Origin: Eledone cirrhosa
Taxonomy: Eukaryota
Direction: 5' to 3'
DNA length: 64,000 nt
Assembly: GCA_964016885.1 (NCBI GenBank)
Contig: OZ024751.1
Coordinates: forward strand, 49,166,001-49,230,000
The notes under the pieces are model-generated. The model saw nothing but the letters and a program-made list of their open reading frames with translations. It ran no database searches and was not told the origin of the DNA. A program made the translations under genes and the position numbers. Shown here in pieces: positions 29,821 through 42,407 of the stretch (its first letter is position 1; every line of letters begins with the position of its first letter).

Positions 29821-29961
29821 TATAATGAAATAAATATGGTTTTATAAATATAGTTTCCATTTATTAATATATTGCATTTTTACTCCAAAAATTTGTGGAG
29901 TGCTTTATATCAGTTATAAAAATATTTGCTTGTTGTATCCCAACAAATTAAATATAACCTC

Positions 29962-30005
<44 letters not shown>

Positions 30006-30021
30006 ATCCCGTTAAGAGTAA

Positions 30022-30067
30022 AAGCAGCGATTCTTTGCTCGAACTTTAATCTGTTCTTTTAAGAAGT

Positions 30068-30122
<55 letters not shown>

Positions 30123-30165
30123 AGCAGCGATTCTTTGCTTAAACTTTAATCTGTTATTTTAATAA

Positions 30166-30240
<75 letters not shown>

Positions 30241-30280
30241 CAGCGATTCTTTGCTTAAACTTTAATCTGTTATTTTAATA

Positions 30281-30285
<5 letters not shown>
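30022..30285. repeat. Three copies of a ~48-bp unit separated by (TA)n
   Basis: aagcagcgattctttgct..aactttaatctgtt at ~30022, ~30122 and ~30238. Confidence 0.9.
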
Positions 30286-30369
<84 letters not shown>

Positions 30370-30603
30370 AGTGGCCTACAGAAATATACATATTTCCTCG
30401 TATCAATATACAATATAAATATATCATATATATCTTTACTGCAGATCTATATCCACAAAATTTATCTGAAGATATTTCATGTGTGAAATTCTGTCTGAGT
30501 TGCAACATTTTCACATTTAATGACACTCACTCTTATCACATACACTCATATACACATACATATAAATATGTATATATATATATATATATACATATATATA
30601 TGT

Positions 30604-30652
<49 letters not shown>

Positions 30653-30677
30653 TATATGTATACATATATATATGTAT

Positions 30678-30747
<70 letters not shown>

Positions 30748-30749
<2 letters not shown>

Positions 30750-30950
30750 CGGTGGAGTTATGGTAAGGAACCAGATGGACCATAACGCACCAGCGTACTC
30801 AATACTTAGGGTAGTAGAGTGGGTAATAGGAGAGAGTATGATCCCGACGGCAGAGCTCAAGCCGTTTCGACGGCTATTTCTGGACTCCAGAGTCCAGAAA
30901 TAGCCGTCGAAACGGCTTGAGCTCTGCCGTCGGGGTCATACTCTCTCCTA
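30748..30950. mobile_element. Family B fold-back element in (TA)n
   Basis: ~62-bp hairpin arms centred on ctggactc-ca-gagtccag (~30889). Confidence 0.88.
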
Positions 30951-31107
30951 TATATATATATATATATGTACATCATGTATGTATGCATGTATGCATATAC
31001 ATAAATATATATAAATACACATTCATACACACACATACATATATATATATTGTATAAAAACACATAGAAAAAAATGTATGTATGTTTATATTATATAAAA
31101 ACACATA

Positions 31108-31162
<55 letters not shown>

Positions 31163-31289
31163 ATTAGTGTCCGTAACGTTAAGACCCTCTTCCTGCTACA
31201 TCAAGCGTTAACCTAATATACCCCTTCCATATACTGTACTGATTGTGTTGTTATTTCTGTTTACCTTTTACATACATATATATATATAT

Positions 31290-31556
31290 ATATATAATAT
31301 ATGCAAAAGTTCTATTTAAAATTGTTGGGATACAACAAGTAAATATTTTTATAACTGATATAAAGCACTCGACAAGTATTTGGAGTAGATATACGATATT
31401 AATAAATGGAAACTATATTTATAAAACCATTTATAAAACTGTTATATATTGTATTTTGTCTGATGAAGGCATACCATAATTTAATTTGGTATCCCTGAAA
31501 TATGTATAATGAAATAAATATTGTTTTATAAATATAGTTTCCATTTATTAATATCG

Positions 31557-31560
<4 letters not shown>
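31290..31560. mobile_element. Family D fold-back element with hammerhead
   Basis: Arms ~31389-31428 and ~31523-31562, with the HHR between them. Confidence 0.85.
31452..31516 (+). ncRNA. Type I hammerhead ribozyme motif
   Basis: Stem I tattttgt/atgaaata; CTGATGA 31460-31466; stem II aggcatacca...tggtatccct; GAAA 31497-31500; AUA triplet. Confidence 0.72.
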
Positions 31561-31625
<65 letters not shown>

Positions 31626-32555
31626 TCTAGTATTTTCCTTATTTACATCGCCTAAGAAGGGACTCTGGTTTCTGCAGTTCAGAGTAAGATATGTTATTTT
31701 ATCTTTATAACATGACCTAGTTAGGGCCTCAATATAAAATTTATCATATTCGGTACATTTTTCACTATCGAATTAATGATTGCTCAAGGGTAGAGAGAGA
31801 ATGTGTACATAATATAAAACGTCATCCGTTTTAATGTTAATATTTACAGTCTTAAATTTTCTGTCAATTCTATATAGGTACACCATAATTAAAAAAGGAA
31901 ATTTGTCCATAGTTTTCTTCATTCTTTCAGAGTTAAGGTTATGAATATAGTTTAGGGGTCACGAAATCATCGTCTCTATATATTCGCCTCCCTAAATGTT
32001 GGAATTCATGATTTAATTTCTATAATAGACTTAAGCGAAGTCACTAAACCCTCTGGCAATATTAAGATTATTTGATCTCTTTTTTCCTGTCTCATAATAA
32101 CCATCAAGCTGAATAATTGTACGCAATACAGCATACATTACCTTATAATATCAATTGCTTGTTGCTTAAATTATGCCTAAGTGTCGTTTGATAACGTCAT
32201 CATATGTAAAGTAAACCACGAAGATCTCCACACAAAGAGTTTTATATCAGGCGTAAAATATATTTCCAGAGGAAGAAGGTGGGATGCATAGTGGCCGTGC
32301 TCTTATAATAACCCAAATTTTCTAAGAGCTTGTGATATTCGTGTGTTATCGCTGACCCATTAATCCGTATATGTTTTATACAGTTGGGTGTCTAGCAAAC
32401 AATCTTGTGAAGTACCCGTTCACTATCCAACAGCCTATTCATCCAACAGGTCATGCTCGATTACTTTCTACCTGTAGCACTCATTAAGCGACCTGAAACA
32501 CTTGACAAGAATATAATTCATATATATGTAAAACACAAATGTATATATATATAAT

Positions 32556-32654
<99 letters not shown>

Positions 32655-32706
32655 CATTATATAATATTTATATTTATATATATATATATATAATTATATA
32701 TATATG

Positions 32707-32752
<46 letters not shown>

Positions 32753-32811
32753 TATATACATATATATAAATGAAGTATTTCCGTATATATATACATGTAT
32801 ATATATGTATA

Positions 32812-32855
<44 letters not shown>

Positions 32856-33537
32856 TACATATATCTCATATATATATATATATATATGTTTATAATCATC
32901 ATTTATTATAGACTTGCTTTAAACATTCTCTCTCTCACTCTATCAACCAACCTATCTACATCTATCTGTCTAAATCTAACTGCCAATTCTAAACTATTCA
33001 CTCCTTGTTCATCTTATCTCCGATAGGATATATTTATATTACGATACAGCTTCTAAGGCTTTCCTTCTTTAATTCTTCCTATAATTTTTTCTGTCCTCTT
33101 CTGTTTTTGTTCGGTTATCATTTTATCATTCTTTGAAATATTCATGAATATCGTAATGGTTTCCTTCATCGCAATCAAATCTCCAATCTGAGTGGACCTG
33201 CCCTCTTCTTTCCTCTCGCACACCATCTTCTACTCAATATATCCTTTGTTTTCCTTTTTTTCTCACTCACTATCAATCTATTTATCTATTTATCTATTTA
33301 TCAATCTCTCTATCTATATCTATCTATTTATAAGTATGTATTTGTAAATGTTTTGTGGGTTTGCATGTATGAATTGGTGTGTGTATATGTGTCTGTGTGT
33401 GTGTGTGTTTGTGTGTGTGTTTATTTCATTCATTGTGTATGCCCGAAAATGTCTCTGTTTTTCTATGTCAGTCGATTATCCCTCAGATATGTCAATTATT
33501 TTATTACCTTTACACATATTTTCAACAACTCTCTCTT

Positions 33538-33573
<36 letters not shown>

Positions 33574-33639
33574 AGGAATGATCGACTTTCGTCAAATCGG
33601 ACCGAGGGAACAATGTTTCCGTTGGTCTTTCCAATTGCT

Positions 33640-33789
33640 AATACTATCTATCGGTCGCAACTCCAGGTAGAAGGAGCAACGTGAAATAAAGTGTCTTGCT
33701 CAAGGACATAACGCATCGCCTGGTCCAGGAATCGAACTCACAGCCTTACGATTGCGAATCCAATTCTCTAACCACTCAGCCACACGCCT

Positions 33790-33790
<1 letters not shown>
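33640..33790 (-). mobile_element. tRNA-derived SINE with CORE-like body (second SINE family)
   Basis: Minus strand has A-box TGGCTGAGTGG, B-box GTTCGATTCC, then tgtccttgagcaagacacttt. A decayed relative lies at ~59300-59385. Confidence 0.8.
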
Positions 33791-33882
<92 letters not shown>

Positions 33883-33946
33883 GATGATATATATATGTAT
33901 ATATATATGTATATATATAGATGATATATATATGTATATATATATG

Positions 33947-34039
<93 letters not shown>

Positions 34040-34083
34040 TTATTTATGTATATATATATACATATATATGTATATATATTTAT

Positions 34084-34432
34084 GTATTAATAAGAGGAAT
34101 TCCAACTTTGTCTGATATACTCGTTTTATTTACAATCCTTTAAAATGTATAATGGTATTAGAATGAAATAGTATGGTAGAATATTAAATGTTAATGTGTG
34201 GGGACAGTCAAGTTTGCAATTTTCAACTGTGAAAACAGTTGAAAATTGCAAACTTGACTGTCACCACACTTTATGAACCTGAAGATTGCGAAAGCATGAA
34301 AGTACTTGTTCAATTAACACTTAACATTTAATATTCTACCATACTATTTCATTCAAATACCATTATAAATTTTAAAAGATTGTAAATAAAACGAGTAAAT
34401 CAGACAAAGTTGGAATTCCTTTTATTAATATA
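34084..34432. mobile_element. Nested fold-back element (family G) with hammerhead
   Basis: Outer arms ~34084-34196 / ~34320-34432; inner hairpin 34197-34270 with a GAAA loop. Confidence 0.88.
34274..34312 (+). ncRNA. Minimal type I hammerhead ribozyme
   Basis: TGAAC-CTGAAGA-t-TGC-gaaa-GCA-t-GAAA-GTAC-TT-GTTCA: perfect stem I and palindromic stem III AAGTACTT. Confidence 0.85.
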
Positions 34433-34468
34433 ATCTTCTATATACAATCATACACATCCGTGTATATT

Positions 34469-34546
<78 letters not shown>

Positions 34547-35314
34547 ATATAGTCTTCCGGAACTATATTTTCACATTTCAGATTTTTCAATGCTTCGTAA
34601 GTCAAGCAAGTCTAATTTTTAATGGTATTTTGATGTTCTAGTTGTAACTTTACAACCCCACCACCCCTATCATCATCATTATCTTTATTAATATTATAAT
34701 CAGTGTACAAATTTACCCCTTATCCTGCATCATTATCATTATCATCACCATCATTATCATTTTATTATTATTTCTACTATTATTATTATGAAAGTAAAAT
34801 CGATAGCAAAGGGTTATTTTTTTACTTTAATACTGTTATGTTATTCTGAAAGTCAGCCAAATTTTAATTATCATTCTCATCATCGAGGTGTATGTTAGAT
34901 GGCCTATTCACCGTTGTCTTCACAAAAAATGCTATTTTCTGTTTGCTGGCTGACCGTACGAGACTATATAGAAAGTTCAACATTTTGACAAGAAATCGCC
35001 TGTACCATCAACGGTTCTAGGATACAAACCGATCATTTCAAATTGTTTATATTTATCTAAAATCATATGCTATGACCTTGTCAATGACCTGTTTTTCCAC
35101 AGTGTATTTCCCCAATTATTTTGATTTGATGTGTTACAAACACGAGCTTAATTATGAGAAAGCTAGTTTTATTACTAAATTTATTTAAATTCAAGATTAT
35201 TTTGATAATTAATTAAAACAATGCTTTCCCTAAGAGATGAGTATCATAAGCAATGGTACACATAATTCTGAGACCAAACAACTACCAGAAACCTTTCAGA
35301 CGGTCATTGGCAAG

Positions 35315-35505
35315 GGCGGTGAATTGGCAGTATCGGTAGAAGGTCGGACGCCATGCTTTGACGCATAAAGCTACGGCCCTTGCCATTCTGAGTTCAAATC
35401 CCGCCGAGGTTAATTTTGGCTTTCATCCTTATGGAGTCGGTAAGATAAAGTCCCAGTAATGTACTGGATAATTTCTGGCCTTGTGCCAATAGTAGAAACA
35501 ATTAT
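35315..35505 (+). mobile_element. SINE family A copy
   Basis: Full-length match to the consensus. Confidence 0.92.
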
Positions 35506-36043
35506 ATACAACACCCAGCCCAACGCCTTCGTCATATTAAAAATAAGTGTCTATATAAGTAAATAATGATCAAACACTTGCCGTAAATACGGGGAAAACT
35601 CATCATGTGCCTTTAGCAATACAATGTATATATTAATAAAATATTTACACACACACTTATTGTCTATATATGTGCATATGTATATATGTGTATATGTATA
35701 TATATATAGATATTATATACATATATATATATACATATATATATGTATAAATATACATATAAATATATATATGTATATGTGTGTGTGTATGTGTGTGTGC
35801 GTGTGTGTGAAAAGATTCAGGACCCCGACGGCTGAGCTCCGGCCGTTTCGACAGCTAGATCCGACTTCGGATATGTATGTATATGTATGTATATATATAT
35901 GTCTATGTATGTATGTATATATATTACTCTTTTACTCTTTTCCCTGTTCGAGCCATCCGACTGAGTGCGATGCTGGGACACCGCCCTTGTATATATGTAT
36001 AAACATATGTATGTGTGTATACATGTGTATGTATATGTATATA

Positions 36044-36122
<79 letters not shown>

Positions 36123-36190
36123 TCTCAAGAGCGTGAAACTAATAAACCTTTGTTCGTACTGCCTCTCTGTTTTGTTCCCGTTCAATTTCT

Positions 36191-36251
<61 letters not shown>

Positions 36252-36436
36252 GATAAATCTACCAAGAGTTTACGGTAGTGTCCAATCCGTATGAAGAACT
36301 CAATGTATTCCGGATATCATGGAAAGAAGAGATGTAATGAAAATCCACTTTCGGTGAAAGATAAACGGTATACAGAGTCAAGATAAAATATTAAACAAAT
36401 AATGAACAAACAATTCCTTATATTAAACAAAAAAAG

Positions 36437-36591
36437 TTCACTATTTAACGATCGTTTCTAGGGCATATATGTGTTATAATTGGTATGCATATTTAACAGA
36501 TCTATGTACAAAATTATACAAAATTATACAAATTATCAAGATTAAATATACATACCTAACTCATATATACGCCGTCTTCAGAAATAATGAA
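36437..36591 (-). ncRNA. Extended-stem-II hammerhead ribozyme (mirror copy)
   Basis: Reverse complement of 42169-42323. Confidence 0.75.
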
Positions 36592-37413
36592 GTATATTTA
36601 TTGATAATAACAACAATTCAAAATATCAGTTCAAAATTGACCAATGAAAACACAAAGGGTAAAAGCAGTTTGGTGTGTGTATATACATGTAAAAATCTTA
36701 CACATATTTTACAATAATGTGTGTATAATTTGTATGTGCATACTAAAAAGATGGATGCAAACACAAAATTTCAAGGTTAATATCTCTGTAAGCTTAATGC
36801 GCTGATAAGATACGCAATGATACTTATGGAGTCAAGCATATAAATATATTTTTTTCATACTCACACATATCAGTATAATCACACATACATGTGCGTATAT
36901 GCATAAACATACACATAACCACGAACATACAAACACACACACTCCCCCACTCACATTTATATATGTGGATATAAAATCATAAGCAAATAGAAATTAAGTC
37001 ACTCATATAAAACACTGGCACACACTTTTCAAGATCAAGATACAGAAATTAGGTGGGAGGGGGGGGGAGGGGTCAGTATTAGATTGTCAGACCAGACTGC
37101 CTAATATAAATGTATCTATAAATTAAGAAAAATAAAAAAATAAAAACAATAAAATATAATAAATATAATATAATGTACATACACATACAGATATACATAC
37201 ACATACATACATGTACGCGCACATAGAGATATTTACACATACATACATACACACATACCTATACAGTCATACACACACATACATTTACACGAACATACAC
37301 ATACACATATAAAAAGATATAAATACACATCCACACACGCGCAACACATACACACATACACATATATATAAAAAATAGATAATAAAGATATATATCCATA
37401 TATATATATATAT

Positions 37414-37470
<57 letters not shown>

Positions 37471-37559
37471 CATACACATACGTACTCATACATCTAAATA
37501 TACATACACATACATACACACATACATGTATATACATGTATATACATATACGCACATCG

Positions 37560-37643
<84 letters not shown>

Positions 37644-38000
37644 TCACATAGACATAAAGATACATACACACACAACTTACATACACACGCATATACATAT
37701 ATATATATATATATATAGATGTACCTTCATACATAGAATTAGATATATAATCATACATACATATGTACCTACTTATACTCATATAAATAAATACATACGC
37801 TTCCATATATGTGTATACACATAAAAAACAATACCACCTCACCAAATCCAGACATACAAATGAAAATAATAATAAAAAAAAAAAAAAAACGCATATGTAT
37901 ATACATACACACACGCATTAATAGAGATATATATATATACACACATACATACACACGCATATATATACATACACACACACATACATACACATACATATAC

Positions 38001-38037
<37 letters not shown>

Positions 38038-38040
38038 CAT

Positions 38041-38421
38041 ATGTTTAACAACATAGTCTATAAATGTAATGTTAAAACTAAAGATTCTATTTGCTCATAT
38101 ATAGGAGCTACCTCTAACAATTTTAAGACAAGGTATAATACCCACAAACATAGCTTTAAAAATGCCGCACTGGCTAATACAACATCTCTAGCAGAAAAAA
38201 TCAATAGTTATAAAAATAAAAATATAAAATATGATTTGACCTGGAGTGTGCTCAAAAGAGCCACCCCTTATCAAAATAATAGAAAGGAATGTAGATTATG
38301 TTCCCAAGAACTATTTGAAATAATGAAGTCTAGGGATATCTTATTAAATAAAAGACAGGAATTAATTATATCGTGTAATCATAAACTAAAAAAAACATTT
38401 AAATATTATAAACCTAATTAA
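38041..38421 (+). pseudogene. PLE GIY-YIG endonuclease domain, 5'-truncated
   Basis: NIVYKC...YIGATSNNFKTRYNTH...W..L...CRLCSQEL...LLNKRQE..SCNH; homologous to 54857-55231. Confidence 0.88.
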
Positions 38422-40166
38422 TAACATTATTCTAGAATTTAATGTAATTTAAATGTTAGTTAACCTATAAATTTAATTTAATTAATATTTTATTACAGAT
38501 GAGAAAATATTATGTAATCATAAATTTTGAAAAACCTTTAAATATTACTAATTTATACTCAGTAATTTAATTTATAGATTAATTTTAATTTATTTTAACC
38601 TTTTTATTATAATTTTTTTTTTTATTATAATTCTTTTACAGATAAAATATAACAAAATAATATCATGTATCCAATGACGGAGAAAGAATTTTTTAGTATT
38701 ATAGACCTAATTAATATACATTTTGGAAATATATTTATTATTTGGTTTTGGTTTTAATCAACCTAAAACTTTAATTTTAGTTTGCTTAAAATTAGTATCC
38801 TTGTACAGACGAATTGCAGAATGTCATGTAATCATAGAATGGGATGTGTTTTGGATATATACCTAGTTAATATATTCTGTGCAATTTTTTGGAAAAGATA
38901 TGTATATCTATATGTATATGTATATGTGTGTGTTGTGTATGTGTATCTGTATGTATGTTTATGTGAGTATATATATATATATATGTGTATATATATGTAT
39001 ATATATATATATATATGTGTGTATATGTATATGTATGTGTATGTGTATGTATATGTATATGTATGCGTATTAATTTTGATTTTTATTTGCATATAATTAT
39101 ATTATGCTATTGATGAAATACAATATCTGCTTTATGTATTGTATACCAAATTAACATATACTAATTGACGTATACTATTGAAATAAATATATAATTTTTA
39201 ATTTAGTTAACATATAATTTATATGCTACTACCGATGTAATACTTTATTTTATTTTTATTTGGGTTTCTTTTCCCTATTACTAAATTCATCTCCTAATAT
39301 TGATACCATAACGTTATTAACTTTAATTTAATTATAATGTAATTAATAATCTACTACTGTTTGACTTCATAATTCTGCTTCAAATATTATAAACCTAACT
39401 AATTTACACCTTGGAAATCAATATGTTGACTATCTTTGGTTTAGTTAACATATGATTAATGGTATACTTGTTTTGAGATGCATAGATTTCGTATTTCCTA
39501 GCACTGAAAATATGTAAGAACATACATTGAATTAAGATACGGAAAATATTATATGTTTCTTGAAACATATATTTACTTTGATCCCCTTCTCCAAACCCCC
39601 CCTTTCCCCCATACTATTATCATCTGTTTTTGTAAGCGTATATGTATGAATATATGTGTAGGTGGGTGTCTATATAGGTTTTGGTATTTATTTCTAAATA
39701 TAAAAATACATATATGAGCATGTAAATATGAATGTAAGATTGAGTGTGTATATATGATTGTACATACATATGTATGTATATATGTGTGTATATATATGTA
39801 TTATATATGTATGTGTATGTGAATGTGTGGTATGTATATGTGTATGTATATGTATATATGTGTATGTATGTGTATGCTTGTATATAGGAATATATATATG
39901 TGTATATATGTATGTATATGTATATGCGTGTTTGTATGTATGTGTATATGGGTTCTGTATATATTTGTATGTCTCTCTATTTATATGTTTATCTTCGTAT
40001 CTATGTGATATATGTGTGTGTGTGTGCACGTATGCATATGTATATGTTTGTGTGTGTTTGTATGTGTGTGTGTATATATATGTGTATTTGCGCACACTCA
40101 CATACACATATATATATATATATATATGTGAGTGTGTATGTGTGTCTATGTGTGTGTGTGTGTGTG

Positions 40167-40214
<48 letters not shown>

Positions 40215-40358
40215 GATATATATGTGTATATATATATATATGTATATAGGTGTCTATGTGTGAATATATGTCTTTATTTGTATGTGTGTATTTATGTATG
40301 TATATATTTGTGTGTATGTATGTATGTGTATGTATGTATGTATATGTATATATATATG

Positions 40359-40391
<33 letters not shown>

Positions 40392-40727
40392 ATATTGTTC
40401 TTTATTATTATTGTAATATAACTTATGTGTATATGTGTATAAGTGAGGTTGTGTATGTATATATACTATGTGTATATGTAAGAGTAATGAAAAATATATA
40501 TATATATATATATATATATGTGCATGTCTGTTTTTTATGTGTGTGTATATATATATATGTATGTGTATATATATATGTATATATATGTGTACGTGTGTGT
40601 ATGTGGATATATATATATATATATATATACATGTGGGTGTTTGTATGTGTATTTATGGTGGTATGAGTGTGTGGATATATATGTTTATATATATATATGT
40701 ATATGTATATATATATATATGAGTCTA

Positions 40728-40778
<51 letters not shown>

Positions 40779-41134
40779 GTATATGTATGTGTATGTATGT
40801 GTGTGTGTATGTATATATATGCGTGTGTATGTATGTGTGTATATATATATATCTCTATTAATGCGTGTGTGTATGTATATACATATGCGTTTTTTTTTTT
40901 TTTTTTATTATTATTTTCATTTGTATGTCTGGATTTGGTGAGGTGGTATTGTTTTTTATGTGTATACACATATATGGAAGCGTATGTATTTATTTATATG
41001 AGTATAAGTAGGTACATATGTATGTATGATTATATATCTAATTCTATGTATGAAGGTACATCTATATATATATATATATATGTATATGCGTGTGTATGTA
41101 AGTTGTGTGTGTATGTATCTTTATGTCTATGTGA

Positions 41135-41200
<66 letters not shown>

Positions 41201-41289
41201 CGATGTGCGTATATGTATATACATGTATATACATGTATGTGTGTATGTATGTGTATGTATATTTAGATGTATGAGTACGTATGTGTATG

Positions 41290-41346
<57 letters not shown>

Positions 41347-42168
41347 ATATATATATATATATGGATATATATCTTTATTATCTATTTTTTATATATATGT
41401 GTATGTGTGTATGTGTTGCGCGTGTGTGGATGTGTATTTATATCTTTTTATATGTGTATGTGTATGTTCGTGTAAATGTATGTGTGTGTATGACTGTATA
41501 GGTATGTGTGTATGTATGTATGTGTAAATATCTCTATGTGCGCGTACATGTATGTATGTGTATGTATATCTGTATGTGTATGTACATTATATTATATTTA
41601 TTATATTTTATTGTTTTTATTTTTTTATTTTTCTTAATTTATAGATACATTTATATTAGGCAGTCTGGTCTGACAATCTAATACTGACCCCTCCCCCCCC
41701 CTCCCACCTAATTTCTGTATCTTGATCTTGAAAAGTGTGTGCCAGTGTTTTATATGAGTGACTTAATTTCTATTTGCTTATGATTTTATATCCACATATA
41801 TAAATGTGAGTGGGGGAGTGTGTGTGTTTGTATGTTCGTGGTTATGTGTATGTTTATGCATATACGCACATGTATGTGTGATTATACTGATATGTGTGAG
41901 TATGAAAAAAATATATTTATATGCTTGACTCCATAAGTATCATTGCGTATCTTATCAGCGCATTAAGCTTACAGAGATATTAACCTTGAAATTTTGTGTT
42001 TGCATCCATCTTTTTAGTATGCACATACAAATTATACACACATTATTGTAAAATATGTGTAAGGTTTTTACATGTATATACACACACCAAACTGCTTTTA
42101 CCCTTTGTGTTTTCATTGGTCAATTTTGAACTGATATTTTGAATTGTTGTTATTATCAATAAATATAC

Positions 42169-42323
42169 TTCATTATTTCTGAAGACGGCGTATATATGAG
42201 TTAGGTATGTATATTTAATCTTGATAATTTGTATAATTTTGTATAATTTTGTACATAGATCTGTTAAATATGCATACCAATTATAACACATATATGCCCT
42301 AGAAACGATCGTTAAATAGTGAA
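42169..42323 (+). ncRNA. Type I hammerhead ribozyme with ~115-nt stem II
   Basis: Stem I ttcattattt/aaatagtgaa; CTGAAGA 42179-42185; ggcgtatat/atatatgcc and ggtatgtatatttaa/ttaaatatgcatacc pairings; GAAAC-GATC-GTT 42302-42313. Confidence 0.78.
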
Positions 42324-42368
42324 CTTTTTTTGTTTAATATAAGGAATTGTTTGTTCATTATTTGTTTA

Positions 42369-42407
<39 letters not shown>

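Larger units (their letters stand above)
36383..42377 (+). mobile_element. Penelope-like element insertion with 1.65-kb terminal inverted duplication
   Basis: Arms 36383-38038 and 40738-42377 are near-identical reverse complements (mirrored ORFs 36469..36717 and 42043..42291). The GIY-YIG ORF starts at the inner junction, and there is an HHR near each outer end. Confidence 0.85.

Noticed and set aside
30022-30285. CRISPR-like repeat-spacer appearance (also 51720-52450)
   Set aside because: The spacers are (TA)n or absent, there are no cas genes, and the context is eukaryotic.
33720-33790. tRNA gene
   Set aside because: A and B boxes are present but run into a SINE body, and no convincing cloverleaf is evident.
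36383-42377. Large DNA transposon with 1.65-kb TIRs
   Set aside because: The interior encodes a PLE GIY-YIG domain rather than a transposase, and the arms carry hammerheads, consistent with PLE inversion.
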